A stretch of 63,437 nucleotides of DNA, filler included, from Reclinomonas americana ATCC 50394 (Eukaryota): NCBI GenBank assembly GCA_048213135.1. It is 16 parts of 16 records of this genome, joined end to end, with 100 filler letters (N's around TTAATTAATTAA, not from the genome) between each part and the next. Parts side by side here need not be neighbours in the genome. Positions count along the whole stretch, not along the records: positions 23,596 to 27,757 come from AFZH01018460.1; positions 27,858 to 31,681 come from AFZH01018461.1; positions 31,782 to 35,995 come from AFZH01018462.1; positions 36,096 to 41,085 come from AFZH01018463.1; 12 more parts are not named here. One strand, written 5' to 3'. Each line of letters opens with the position of its first letter. Position 1 is the stretch's first letter. The notes under the pieces are model-generated. The model ran no database searches and was not told the DNA's origin. It saw only the letters and a program-made list of their open reading frames with translations. This document shows, in pieces, positions 24,123-37,606 of the stretch. A program made the translations under genes and the position numbers.

Positions 24123-27100
24123 ATGAGAGTTGCTCTCTGTCTCCTCCTCGTTGCCATTGTCGCACCATGCCTCGTCAGTGCATTCTCCGGTGAGACACAC
24201 ACACACACACAGGAAAGAGAGAGAAATGCACACTCACTCATTGCATTCTCTCACTCACACGCACGCACACACTGCACTCGTCGCCGCAAGTCGTCGCCTA
24301 AGTCACTACTTACTCGTTGCCTAACTCGCCTAAGACGACATCATGTGGGAGATACTTTATCACTTCTCTGTATCTCTCTCTCTCTCCCTCCCTCCCTCCC
24401 TCCCTCCCTCCCTCCCTCCCTCCCTCCCTCCCTCCCTCCTCTCTCTCTCTCTCACACACACACACATGCACACACAGGCACCAGTTAGCGCTCTGCACTG
24501 AGAGAGAAAGGAGAGAGAGAAAGGAGAGAGACGAGGGAACGGAGAAAGCAAGCATGGTTTTCCCTTCCTTCTCTTCCCTCTCTCACTCACCTCTCCTCCT
24601 CCTCCTCCTCCTCCTCACACTCATCTCTTGTTTCGCCCTTCACATTCCCCAGTCTCTTCCTCCCCTCGTTTCCTTTTTGCCTTGCACTCCCCTCCCTCAC
24701 CTTCCCTTGCCTCTCCTGCTTTCTCACCCTTTCCTTCCCTTCCTTCCTACAGACTCCAGCACGCTGTCTCTGCAACTGCAGAAGGCAGGCGCGCCCATTC
24801 CCTTCATGGCGGAGACGGCGACTCATGAGCACCTGGAGGCCACCATTGCTGCGCTGCTGGAGACGGCGGCCAAGGAGAAGTTGCACACGGAAAGCTCGAC
24901 GACGACGACAACGACTACAAAGCGTCGCAATCGTGGGTTTTCGCCGGAATTCAATGCCAACTCGGCGCGGTGGACGTCGACTGCGACGACCTCGTCGGCG
25001 CCGGCGGGAACCTGCCTCAAGTTGACCTATTCGTTTGTGAAGGGTGCGTGGCGGGAGGAGAAGGAGAGAGACTGATGCAGTCGAATGTTGCAGCATCGCT
25101 CGTCATTGTCTCTTTGCTTTGTCTTTTTCTGTGTGCGTGTCTCTCGGTCCTTCTCTTCCGTGCATATCCCACTCAGTCATACCCGTCAAGCAGCATCATC
25201 ACAATCACTTTTTGCTGCTTTTTATTGCCTTTTATTGCCCTGTTTCTCACTTGTGTTTTCCGCTGTTTCTTTTCTCTCTCTTGCATCACTATTCTCTCTT
25301 CCCATTGTGTGCGTGTCTCTCGGTCCTTCTCTTTCGCGCGTATCCCACTCCCTCGCTCTTCATGCCCGACAAACAGCATCGTCACGAATCACTTTTATTG
25401 CCGTTTATAGCCCTGTTTCTCACTCTTTTTTCCGCTGTTTCTGTTTTCTCTCTCTTGCACTCACTTTCTCTCTTTCCACCTTTCTCTCTCGCTCTCTCCC
25501 TCCCTGCTTCTCGGACGTACAATCTTTCCATTTCTCTCCCTCATTTCTCCGGTTGTAAAACTGGCGGAGCCGTATTGTTTTCTTTGTCGCCCTCAATTGC
25601 CGTTCGCCATGTTTTGTTATTTCCTTTTCCGTGTCCCCCACCCCAGTCTCTGCTCGTCTGCGGATGGTTACTTGCCCAATCCTCTGTCTATCCGTTGTTA
25701 CTCGTTCAATTCTTTGGCACTCCAGTTGTACTGTGTGAGTTGTTTTCTCTTTTGTGTCCCCCTCTGTAAATGCGGATGGTCGCTGGCCCAGTTTGTTGCT
25801 CTTTCCTGCCTTTCACGCTCCATTTTTGATATTCCTTCGATTCCCCGTCCCACTGTTAGGATGGTTCATTAATGGATGGTTCATTTGCATGTCTCTTTCT
25901 CCTCCCCCTCCTCCCTCTCCTCCCTCTCCTCCCTCACCTTCCCCTCTCCCCCCTCTCCTCCTCTCTCCCCCTCTTCTCCCTCTTCTCCCTGCTTCAACAG
26001 AGGGCACTCCCATCTTCAACGCCATCAGCGGCGGCGCCACTGCCGGCAGCTCGCTGCGCACGTGGCTGGACGGCCTGTACGGTGCCAACAAGTGGCAGCC
26101 GTTGTTCCAGCAGTTGCGTTCTCCTACTTTTCATCACTTCTCTCTTCTCGGTGCCGACACTTTCGCAGGATCTTTGATGCGTGGTCCACCGGCACGTGCG
26201 TCAAGTTCGCATACGAGCCGAACGACGACGGTGCTTCCTTCCCCAACTCGCGCGGTGTGTTGGGCGTGCGCGGCGACATTCGCATTGCAGCGCGGGTGTG
26301 TTGCACTCGCTTCCGCGTTCTCTTGCGTGCCGTTTGTTGACTCTCTGTTTTTGTACACAGCCGCTGGATGGCAACGGCAAAGTGCTGGCCTACTGCTACT
26401 TCCCCAACACCGGCGATGTTGCGTACATCTGTTGAAGCTCTTGGTTATGCGAGCGCGTCTCACTGCTCCTTCTCCCCCATTCCGCAGATGGTCATTGACG
26501 CCACAGACTCGTGGTACCAGGGAGCGTCTGCCATCAACAACAACTACCGCGGCTTCCGCAACGTGCTGGCGCACGAGCTCGGGCATGCCTTGGGGTTTGT
26601 GCGACGAACATCTCTAACTTGCGCCCGATTGTGACTTACGGTTTCTGCATGCAGCATGGACCACGTGTGCCCGGTGCAGCAGACCAAGCTCATGGAGGTA
26701 CAGGAATCCGAATCCAGAGCCTTGATTAAGCAGGTTTCTCACTCTTCTCCTGTGACAGCCCTACGTCACCACAGCATTCGACGGCGCCCAGTTTGACGAC
26801 TTGAGTGCCGCGCAGATCAAGTACGGCGACGCCTACGGTGAGTGATCCAGCTGCTTTGCAGCACGTCTTTGTTTACTTACTGCACAACGCAGAGGACAAC
26901 GACACGGTGGCCAGTGCCAGCAACCTCGGCGCCCTCCTGGTCACGGACCCGCCGACTACCTTTGCTGCGAGGTGCGTTGCACGCATAGCACCTTCTCTTG
27001 CCTGCCTACTCAAGCTCACTGTCTGCCACCGCCCCACAGCATCGACTCGGCGAGTGACATTGACTTTTACAAGGTGATTTTATTGAGGACCACACGCGCT

Positions 27101-27757
27101 CATTATTTCGCACGCCGCTGCTCACCCTCTCCAATTCCCACCGCAGTTCACCACCGCGGGCTCCGTGCTCGACATCACCGTCGCCCCGGCTGCGCAGAAC
27201 GCCTACCTGAGTGGCTCACAGAACGGCGACGGCTCCTGCTCCGCCGGCACCTCGTACGACCCGCGCAATCAGTTCGACCTGGCGTTCCAGCTGCTGAGTG
27301 CCAACGGCAGCTCCGTGATCACCACGGCGAACGCCACGGCTGCGGGCTCGGCAGAGGCGGTGACCAAGTTTGCCCTGCCGACCTCCAGTGGCGGACTGTA
27401 TTACCTGCGAGTGTATTCGGCGTCCACTGGTACCAGCATCATTCAGCGGTACACCGTGACGCTGACGGCGGCTGCAGGTGAGACGGGGAGAGAAAGAGAA
27501 GCAAGCGTCGGAGCGTCTTGTTTTTTGACTGGCGTGATTGTGTGCAGGCTCGTGCAGCAGCGTGACTTGCCCCGCTGGACAGTACTGCTCTGCCGGACGC
27601 TGGTGAGTTGTTTTTCAAACACTGCCGTCTCTTCGCCGATGCTCACTCTGCCCACCAGCCTCGCGTGCACGTGCTCCACCGCCGGCTCCGTTCTGTGCGA
27701 CACGGACGGATTCTGCTCCTGCAAGGTCAACTTTGCCGGCCCCACCTGCTCGACTTG
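24123..27757 (+). CDS. Secreted matrixin (M10-like metzincin) with PPC-like domain and EGF/laminin-EGF repeats, 3'-partial
   Basis: Signal peptide; zinc motif HELGHALG-MDH spanning an intron; Met-turn TKLMEP. Then IDSASDIDFYK...GLYYLRV...RYTVTLT and CTCSTAGSVLCDTDGFCSCKVNFAGPTC. Confidence 0.88.
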
Positions 27758-27857
27758 NNNNNNNNNNNNNNNNNNNNNNNNNNNNNNNNNNNNNNNNNNN
27801 NTTAATTAATTAANNNNNNNNNNNNNNNNNNNNNNNNNNNNNNNNNNNNNNNNNNNN

Positions 27858-30800
27858 CTCGTGCACTTCCTTTGGCTGCACCACCACTTGCGTGTCTCGC
27901 GGATGTCCGCACTGCAGAGAATGGATGAGTTTGCACTGCTAGCCTGTTGTGAACAAGGGATGCGGCTGACACACACCTGGCCGAATTCGTTGCTGCCAAA
28001 CACAAACAGCTTCTTCAAGCTGGTGGTGACCGCCGTGTGACCAAAGCCAGCAGTGATACAGCGGATTTCGAACTTGTCCAGGGCCACCACGCGGGTGAGC
28101 ACCATGCATACGTCCTCCCGACCGTGGCCTGAACGGGAAAGGGAGGTGTGAGAGAAGGGAAGGGGGAGGAAAGGGGGAAGGGCGATTTGTGAGAGAAGAG
28201 AGGAGGGAGAGAGGGAGAGAGAGAAGACTTTGCGAATGCAGAGTAGAATTGTCAGAAACTAAACAACATGAACAAAAAAGAGCACAATCACGACTGAATG
28301 CACTAAACTGCTGCGGCGTCCCACTCTCATCCTGAAGAGAGAGATAAGGGGAGAAATAGAGGCAGAAGCTGCAACAAAATGCAGGTTGCGTAGTATAAAC
28401 GATGCAAGAGAGACGCCTCCACGAAATGAACAGCTGTGATGCTGACATTCTCCTTCTCCCTCAGTCTCTCTATTCGAGTCTCATTCTTGTAAGAGAGAGT
28501 GAAAGAGAAAGTGCAACACTATGCAGATTGCAATCGACGACAGCAGCCAACAGAGCACAACCGCGTGTCCTCCACTGAAGTGCAAACTTTTTCTCTCTAT
28601 CTCTCTCTCTCCCTCCTTCTCAGGTTCGTCTCCTCATTATTGCACTGCGAGGTCATTCTCTTCCCCCTCCCCATCTCTTCCACCCCCGTCTTCCCAGTCA
28701 CGCACCAGTGGCATAGCCTGCACCGCACGTGTAGACCTTCCAGTCGGCCGTGAGAACGACCGTGTGGTTGAAACCGCAGCGCACCTGCACAGGACACAAT
28801 AAATACCCGCAAAAAGAGATCCCTGCCCGCTTGCACACACACGCACGTTCATGAACTTGACGTCGTCGGGATTGGGAACGAGATGCGGCACGGTGACGTC
28901 AGTCAAACTGGCGCTGCTGAGCCCCAACTGTGTCGCGCAGACAACGTGATTCACCAGCGCAAAGAATCACAGGCTGTCGCACCACACACCTGCCCCATGC
29001 TCCCGTTTCCACACGTATACAAATCACCCTGCTCGGTGATAAACGCCGAGTGCTCGTCGCCAGCCGCCATGTCGACAATGGCTGGATTACCGGGGATACG
29101 AATGGGCAACGCCTGCCAGATGCTCGATTGCTTCGTGTGGCCGACGCCCAGCTGCAACAACGCAAGCGCATTAGGATGCCTTTTCCACGAGAGAAGATAT
29201 TTGCACGGCACGCAACTTGTCCCGACAAGTGCGAGCCAAAGCCGAAGAGGGTGCGCCCGTCGAGGAGAATGATCGTGTGGTCGCTGCCGCATGCGAATGT
29301 GGCGTTGTAGAAGCGGCCGGTGAATTGAGTGATTTCCGCGGGTGAGTACTGCGATGGAGAAGGAGGGGAAAGTGAGGGGAAGGGGAAAGGACATAGAAGA
29401 GAGAGAAAGGGAGGAGACGAGGGAGGGAAAGAGGAAGAGAATGCAAGGAGATGGGGAGAGAGATTAGACGAGGACAAGAGAGAGAAATATGTCAATAGTT
29501 CTCTCTCTATCTTTCTCTGTCTCTCTCTGTCTCTCTCTCTTTCTCTGTCTCTCTCTCATCTCGCTCACGACTGTCACTCTTGCCATGCCTCGACGCAACA
29601 ATATACTCTCCCGTGGAATCCGGCGACAGACCGCACTGGCCGAGCGAGTTCTTTCCCCATGCCCACAGCGTCTTGTCGGAGGCCAGGGCAATGGTGTGTC
29701 TGCGTCACATTGATCAACACGAGTGCTTTGCAATGAGCGCTGAGGCACGCCACTCACCGACCGCCGCACGCCACATCCACAATGCGCTTGTTGGAGAGGG
29801 CATTCACACGGCGCGGGAGCGTGACGTTGGTGGTGGCGCCGTGGCCGAGGCGGCCGTCGTCGCCGCAGCCTGTGGGGAGGAGATGATAAGGGCAAAGTTG
29901 TCAGAATGAGAACGAAGTGACACGCAATGAGAGGTAGACGTAGAGAGATAGAGAGAGAGGGAGAGAGCGCGCGCGAAAGGTGAGAGAGAGAGAGAGACAA
30001 ACAGACGCGCATGCAGACAGGAAGTATGTGACAACAGCACGCATGTGTTACGATGCAGAGACGGAGAGAGAGAATGTGTGAGAGAGAGCGAGCAGACACG
30101 CAGGCAGACAGGAAGTATGCGACAGCAGCACGCATGTGCTACGATGCACAGAGAGAGAGAGAGAGGGAGAGAAACAGAGAGAAGGTCACGCGAGCAGCAG
30201 GCAGACAGAAGCTAGTGAAAAGGCCTGTGATACAATACAGATAGAGAGTGAAAGAGCGAGTGAGTGAAACCGACAAGCAAGCAAACAACAAGAGGACTGA
30301 GACAGAGGAATTGAGTACACACACGAACAACGTACACCACAAGAGAGAGAGAGCGATGTGCAGCAAGAGGCAGCGTGAATGGAATGAAGAAAGCACGGCA
30401 CGAGTGTTGACGACGACCCACGTACCCCATGTAAACAGCTGTCCATTGTTGAGCAACGCAGCCGTGTGCATCTCGCCGCAGGCTGCAGATGCGCGCAGGT
30501 GAGGCATTGTAGCGAGAACGATCACGGAACCAAATACACACCAATCTTGGTCACTTGCTCGGCATCGATGCGCTCGATCATCGCGGGTGTGCACTGTATC
30601 TCTTCACCTGTGTGCAAAAGTCACAAGGTCAGCACCGAACTCATCAAGCCAGACTCTGTGCCTTCCCAAGGCACAATTCAAGCGATGTGCTCTTGTATTT
30701 CCACATGAAAGACACTCGTGCCCATCTCCGCATATGAAACATACAAATCTACTCCTCACGAGGCAGAAAAATAGAGGTGTGACGTGATGCGCGTCTGCTT

Positions 30801-31413
30801 CTGCTCTTGTGGACACCATTTGACGACGTCCTCACTGTGGGTTTTCGCAGGCGACGCACGCTGTGTGATTCAGCTGGAAATGCACTCTCTCAGTCGTGCG
30901 CGCTTAAAATTTTCTTCGTGAAGGGGTTCGACTGACTGAACACGCTCTTTCTTGCTCTCATGCTCTCTCTTTCTCACACATGTCCACTCATGCACGCGCG
31001 TGTGTGCATACTCGATCTTCCCATCTATCACGACAATCTCGAGTGACTTCTCTGTCATGTGAGAGAACCCACCTTCGTACACAAATCCCCGCTCCCCGTA
31101 GCCAGACCAGCCAAACACGTGCATCTGCGTAAGTGATGAGACACGAGCGCACACAACATCAACATGGCGGCGGTGGAGAGACCTTCGTTTTGGCTGCACA
31201 GGAGGGAATGGAGTGAGTGGAGCGCAGGCGACATGGAGAGCCACAGCCACAAGAGACAGACCTTTCTTCGAATCGGGGAAGAACTCTTGCTTCTTGCGCA
31301 CGTTGAACTGGGGTGGTCTCTCGCTGCACGGAATGATGAGCAGTGCAGCGCGGATGTGGGAGAGTGCGGAGCGCACTTACCGACTGTGCACAGTCTCCAG
31401 GAACTTGCCCCAT
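27858..31413 (-). CDS. RCC1-repeat protein, multi-exon, 3'-partial
   Basis: Repeats ACGEMHTAALLNNGQLFTWG, ACGSDHT...LFGFG...GQLG, AAGDEHSAFITEQGDLYTCGNG, CGFNHTVVLT and AGFGHT...LFVFGSNEFGQ. The start MGQ at 31413 is tentative. Confidence 0.88.
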
Positions 31414-31579
31414 CTGAATATGACGAAGATAGGTGAGAAACAGTGGAGAAGGAAGGGGAAGACAGGGAGAGAAGCTGAAATCGGCGAATGAGTGAGGGGA
31501 GCAAGTCACCACAGCAGAGGAAGCATTGAGAAAGAGTCGAAGGTCAGAGGAGTGATAGAAAGACGGAGAGCGTGAGGAG

Positions 31580-31650
<71 letters not shown>

Positions 31651-32369
31651 GGGAGAGAACGAGAGAACGAACGTGGACGAANNNNNNNNNNNNNNNNNNN
31701 NNNNNNNNNNNNNNNNNNNNNNNNNTTAATTAATTAANNNNNNNNNNNNNNNNNNNNNNNNNNNNNNNNNNNNNNNNNNNNATCCTCGGCGGTGCCGCCT
31801 TTGACGGAGCTGGCAAAGCCCACGGAGCGCGAGGCCATGATAATGTAAAACGTCTTTGTGTAACACGTCATTTTGTCCATTTGTCCACTTGATATCAAAG
31901 GCATGTTTGGACGCATCATAAAGCACAGGTAGGGAGAGGGAAAGATAGAAGACGTGAAGATGCTTGTCTCCGCGGCGAGATAATGCCTGCAACAACCACG
32001 AATTGGAAAATATTTGCAGTTTTGACCTTTTTCCGGCAGAAATTGCGTCAAATCCACTGTTACGCGATGCGGATCGCAGTTCTCGACTTGTTCGGAGCTC
32101 CGAGAATCACATCCACCGCGGCATGCAATTGCAAGTGCGTCAAAATGCCGCGGTCAATTCCTTCGCTGGCGTGGCCCAACCTCCACGCAGAATTACCTTA
32201 CTCGAAGCACCCGCCGGCACAACTCCGCCAACAACACATCCTGCCTCTCACCATCCGCCGTCAACTGCGCCATTTGCACCACGCGCCGCCAACTCATCGT
32301 CTCCGTCGAACCCCCTTCTCCTTCTCCACCTCCACACATAATTACATTCCTTCACTTTCCCCACCCCTC

Positions 32370-33314
32370 TCACTTGCACACACTCAACTGCTCCTCCCCT
32401 CGAAGCACCCGCCGGCACAACTCAGCCAACAGCACATCCTGCCTCTCACCATCCGCCCTCAACTGCGCCATTTGCACAACCAACGCCGCCAGCTCCTGGT
32501 CGTCTTCAACGGCCTCCTTCTCCTTCTCCACCTCCACCTCCTTCTCCTTCTCCACCTCCACCTCCTGCACCTGCACATCCTCCACCATTCTCCTCTCCTC
32601 CCTCTTCACCAGCGTCGACTCCCTGTCCGCCAAATGCCCCGGCAGCGGCCGCGACCTCGCTTGCGTTCGCTTTCGTTGCGGCTCGTCATCAGGCGCCTCC
32701 GCCTCGTCAAACATACGCCACATTGCCCTGGCCTTCTCCTCCTCCTCCTCCGAATCCTCGTCATTCTCCACGTGCACTATCCCCAGCATCACGGACGCCA
32801 GTACCCGCGCTTCCACCAGCTTTGCCAGCTCGTTGTGGTGATAGAAACGCGCCATTTGCGCCGGCGAACGCCCACTGTCGTCGAGCATCTCGCACATGTT
32901 CGGAAACGCCAACATCAGCATTTCGGCCACCTCCGTATGCCCGTTGGCGCAGGCCACGTGGAGCGCCGTCTGCTCTCCCCTGCGGAGTTGTCCCATGCGT
33001 TCCGAGCAGCGACGCGGATCCGCCAGCAGCCACTTGACGACATTGGCGTGTCCGTTGCGCGCGGCCGCCGTCAGTGGCGACACGTGGTGGAGGGAGCTGA
33101 GGCCGGCCAGCCACGGGCCCATGCTCGTCTCGTTCCACAGGAACTCGAGAATGTGCAGGTGACCGGCCTCGGCGGCGTAGCGGTACGGGCTCATGCCCTT
33201 GGTCGCCTCTTCGATGATGGTGGCGGAGGCGGAGGGGGAGGAGTTCACGAGGGCGCGCAGGCCGCTGAGGTCGCCGGAGTGGGCGAGTTCCCAGGCGGCT
33301 TTTTCGCCGAGCTT
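32370..33314 (-). CDS. Ankyrin-repeat protein with acidic/coiled-coil tail (main exon)
   Basis: SPYRYAAEAGHLHILEFL, SPLTAAARNGHANVVKWLL, TALHVACANGHTEVAEML and GRSPAQMA. Gene ends are uncertain. Confidence 0.85.
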   Translation of the reverse strand, partial: KLGEKAAWELAHSGDLSGLRALVNSSPSASATIIEEATKGMSPYRYAAEAGHLHILEFLWNETSMGPWLAGLSSLHHVSPLTAAARNGHANVVKWLLADPRRCSERMGQLRRGEQTALHVACANGHTEVAEMLMLAFPNMCEMLDDSGRSPAQMARFYHHNELAKLVEARVLASVMLGIVHVENDEDSEEEEEKARAMWRMFDEAEAPDDEPQRKRTQARSRPLPGHLADRESTLVKREERRMVEDVQVQEVEVEKEKEVEVEKEKEAVEDDQELAALVVQMAQLRADGERQDVLLAELCRRVLRGEEQLSVCK

Positions 33315-33985
33315 CTGCAGAGGAGGGGAGACGAGGGAAAGGGGCGAAGGGGGAAGGGGGGAAGGGGGAAGGGGGGTGAGGAGGAGGAGGAGAAGGAGAA
33401 GGAGGAGGGGATTGGCATAGGAAGAAGAAGACCAAGAAGAACAAGAACAAGAAGGAGTAGAAGAAGAAGGAGGACGAGGAGAAAGAGAACAACAACAAGA
33501 ATATGATGATGATGATGGAGAAGGAGCAGGAGCAGGAGGAGGAGGAGGAGGAGGAGGAGAAGGGGGAGAAGAAAATGAAGAAGAAGAAGAAGAAGAAAAA
33601 GAACAAGAAGAAGAATTCGAAGTAGAAGAAGGAGAAGAAGAAGAAGAACAAAAAGAACGAGGAGGAGGAGAAAGAGAACAACAACAAGAAAAGATGATGA
33701 TGATGAAGAAGGCAGGAGGAGGAGAAGATGACAAAGAGAGAGGAGAAGAGGAAGAAGGAATCGCTCGACATGCTTCCGGCGCACTGAATGCCTCTCTTTT
33801 CCCTCAGTGAGAAAGACGCAACTCTTTCAACCCTTGAAAACGGGTTCAGCGACGCCTCAGAAGCTGCACGGGGAAAGCACAGTGAGAAAAACACGAAAGA
33901 GGCCACCATGAAAAACACTGAAACTCTCTCAGTCTTTTCACTCACAAACATCATTCTTCCTTACCTTTTCTTTGTTTCCTTAAAC

Positions 33986-34027
<42 letters not shown>

Positions 34028-34409
34028 TCACACTCTTCCTTCACATGTACAGAAATGCATCTTTTTCTTGCATTTTCTCTCATTTTTCCTTGCTTTTTCT
34101 CATGGCTTCTTCTTTTCCTCTCTCTCTTCCTTCTCCTCTCTCTCTTCCTTCTCCTCTCACTCACACACTCACTCACATACACTCTCACTCACTCACACAC
34201 ACTGTTCAAAAATTAAAATAACTCCACTTCCCCTCATTTTTCTTGCATTTTCTCACAGCCTCTCTTGCACACCTCCCTCTCTCACACACACTCTCTGTCA
34301 CACACACCCTTCTTCTCATCACTAGCGCTCAAGAACGCCATCTTTTTGAGTTTTCGTGTTCGTCCCGCGGAAAACCACAGGACCTTTTCTTTTTCCTCAC
34401 AAACAACGA

Positions 34410-37091
34410 ATGCACGTGTTTGACTTTCTCCGCGCGTATCTCTGCGGCAGTCGCTTGCCTGCGCTTCGTGCCACGCTGCTCGCCGTGCTGCACGACGCAC
34501 AAGAAGAAGAAGGCGACGTCGCGCGAAAAGACGACGTCGAGGTGTCGCGTGTACTGTTTGAGCAGGTGGCTCCCTTTCTCATGTGGTGTCTGTGTGTACA
34601 CACTCATTGTGTCTCTCTCTCTCTCATCTGCAGGTGATTGATTGTGATCTTGCACGTCGTTTTCCGCCTTCTCTGCGGCAACGTCGCAAAGCGATCAAGT
34701 TGATTGTGGATGAGCTTGAGCAGAGAGGTTAGTGAATCTTGCGCATTGTTAACTCTCTCATTGCATAATCTCTCAAGGTGCATGCATTTTTCTCAGTCTG
34801 TCAATGTCTCTGCTTCTTCTTCTTCTTCTTCATCATCTTTTCCTCCTCTTCCTCCGCCTCCTCCTGCCTCCTCCTCCTCCTTATTCTTCGTCTCCTTCTT
34901 CTTGTTGTTGTTCTTGTTCTTCTCCTTCTTCTTGTTCTCATCCTCCTTCTCCTCGTCCTCCGTCTCCTCCTCTTTCTCTTCCTTCCCTCCTCCTCCTCCT
35001 CCTCCTCCTCTATATCCACGTCCTCCGTCTCCTCCTCCTCTTCCTCTTCCTCGTCTTTCTCTTCCTTTCCTCTTTCTTCCAGTCTCCATTTCTCAGTCTC
35101 CTTCACCCTCCAGCTGTTCGTCTCTCTTCTGCCCTCACTCTCTCTCTCTCCTGCACTCTCTCAGTCTCTATTTTCCTCTTCCTCTCAGAGTTTGCTTCCT
35201 GCCCTCCTTCACTGCTTCTCCACTCTCCTGCTCCTTGTCTCTGGGCCTTTCTCTCGTTCTTTCGCTCTCCGGCTCTCCGTCTTCGTCAGTCCCTCAGTCT
35301 CTTTCACTTCGCTGCGCTCCTCCTCCGCTGTCTCAGTGTCCACCTGCGACCCTTCAGTCTCCTTCATTCCCTCAGTTACCGTCCTTCGCCGTTCTCATGT
35401 CTGTGCTCCTGTTTCCTTCGCTCTCCTTTTCTGCCTCCACCTCCTATTCTCTCCGTCTTCCTCGTTCTGTCTCACTCCTTCTTTCCTTTAGTCTCCTTAA
35501 CCGGCCTGCAGTTTGTCTCGTGTGCCTTCTGTCTCTCTCTCTCTCTCATGATCTCTCTGTCTCTGTGCCTTGCACTCCCTCAGCTTCCGTTTCCTTCACC
35601 GCAGTCTCCTTCCCCTGCACCCTCTTCCTTGCTTCTCTCTCACTCTCTCTCTCTCTCTCTCTGAGACGGCTTTGTGCAGGCATTGAGGTGTTCGAGCGAG
35701 TGTACGAGGAGTACTTGACGGCCATATCGGAATCGCAAGCGGAGGGCGACGAAGTGGCTGAGTTGTGAGTGGGACCCGTCTATTTTCCCTTTTCCTTCCC
35801 CTTGTTCCTTCCCCCTGTTCCTTCCCCCTCCTCCTTCCCCCTGTTCCTTCCCCTGTTCCTTTCCCCTGTTCCTTTCCTCTTGTTCCTATCCCCTTTCTTC
35901 TTCCCCCTTTTCCTTTCCCCTGTTCCTTTCCCCTGTTCCTTCCCCCTGCTCCTTCCCCCCTGCTCCTTCCCCCTTTCACTTCCCACCTGTTCCTTNNNNN
36001 NNNNNNNNNNNNNNNNNNNNNNNNNNNNNNNNNNNNNNNTTAATTAATTAANNNNNNNNNNNNNNNNNNNNNNNNNNNNNNNNNNNNNNNNNNNNCTCCC
36101 TTGTTCCCTCCCCCTGTTCCTTCCCCCTATTCCTTGTCCCTTCTCCCTATCTCCCTTCCCTATTCCCCCTTTCCCCCTCCCCTTCCCCTCACCCTTCGCC
36201 TCTCGCCAGACTTATCCACCGTGTATTCTTCTTGTCCCCGGAACACTACTTTGTAGTGCGCAGCTCGGAAGGTTTATCCCCGCACCCCTTTGCCCCTTCC
36301 CCCCTTCCCTCCTTCCCCATTTCTCACACGCCCACACACAGTCTTCAGCAACATCGCCTTCTTCTGCTGGGAGGGCGGCTTCTACCTCTCCGAGTTCGCC
36401 TTTGATCAACGCGAGCTCTTTCGTGGCAAGCGGGTGCTGGTGAGCACGCACATTGTTTACCAAGCAAAGCCTCCTCCCTCACCACCCTTTCCCCATCTCA
36501 TTTACAGGAACTCGGCGCCGGCAGCGGCATCACCGGCATCCCACTGGCGCTGACCAACGACGTCAACTCGGTGGTGCTCACCGAGTGCCGGCCCGACATT
36601 CTCAAGAACCTGGAAGACAACCTGGCGCTCAGTTGCGCTGCCTGCCTTTTTTGCCTCCTTTCTTTTTTTCCCAGTCTCTCACCGCACCCTCCCGCCCCTC
36701 CACAGACAACCTCGCGCCCCCTCGCTGCCTCGTGCGCCACCTCGACTGGTGCGACACGACGCCCGCCGAAGTCGACGACCTCGCCACCGACGTCAACATC
36801 ATTCTGGCCGCCGACTGCGTCTACGATCCGGAGCTGGCGGTCTCGCTGGCCAATGTCACTGCCGCACTCCTCACTGCGCCCACCGCGGCCGCCGACTGCG
36901 TGGCGTACTTTTCGGTGACACGACGCAACCCGGTCACACTGCAGCGGTGGAGGAGTCGGTTGGTCGACGGTCATGGCCTGCAGTGCGAGCGTTTCGAGTG
37001 GGCAGGGGCGGCGGATCCCGCCAAGAGACCACTGGCGTATGCGTACACCGGGTTTGAGATTGACTTGTGGAGGGTGAGCAGCAGAAAGTAG
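34410..37091 (+). CDS. Protein-lysine methyltransferase, family 16 (EEF2KMT/FAM86-like), spanning a linker
   Basis: CWEGGFYLSEF, FRGKRVLELGAGSGITG, VVLTE, ILKNLEDNL, LDW, IILAADCVYDP and TRRNPVT. Confidence 0.87.
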
Positions 37092-37372
37092 AATTCTAGA
37101 ATACAAGCACAATATAGACGCGCGTTCACTTGCACCTCCACAAGAGGCCGCTGGCGTATGCGTACACCGGGTTTGAGATTGACGTGGAGGGTGAGCAGCA
37201 GAAAGTAGAATTCTAGAATACAAGCACAATATAGACGCGCGTTCACTTGCACCTCCACAAGAGGCCGCTGGCGTATGCGTACACCGGGTTTGAGATTGAT
37301 TTGTGGAGGATGAGCAGCAGGAATTAGATTACAAGCACAAAAAATAGACGCGCGTTCACTTGCACCTCCACA
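37022..37372 (+). repeat. Three near-identical ~118-bp tandem copies covering the stop codon and 3' flank
   Basis: caagag.cc.ctggcgtatgcgtacaccgggtttgagattga...tagacgcgcgttcacttgcacctcca occurs three times. Confidence 0.92.
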
Positions 37373-37606
37373 ACTACAGCTATATCCAGCAAAAAATCCA
37401 CAGCAATGTACAACCCACCCGCGACAAGGAGGGTGGCGTCATGAGATCAAAAAAAAACAACAACAAAAATGGAGGCGTGAAGCGCCCACCACGCAGAAAG
37501 GGGAGAGAGTATGCGTGGGGCAATTACATAGCATCAAGGGCGGAGAAAATGCACAGACGCTGGCGACACGGCGCACAGCGTGTTAGAGAGAGAGAGAGAG
37601 AGTTGT

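Noticed and set aside
31782..32100. Minus-strand ORF running into a linker
   Set aside because: No motif and truncated, so it cannot be supported.
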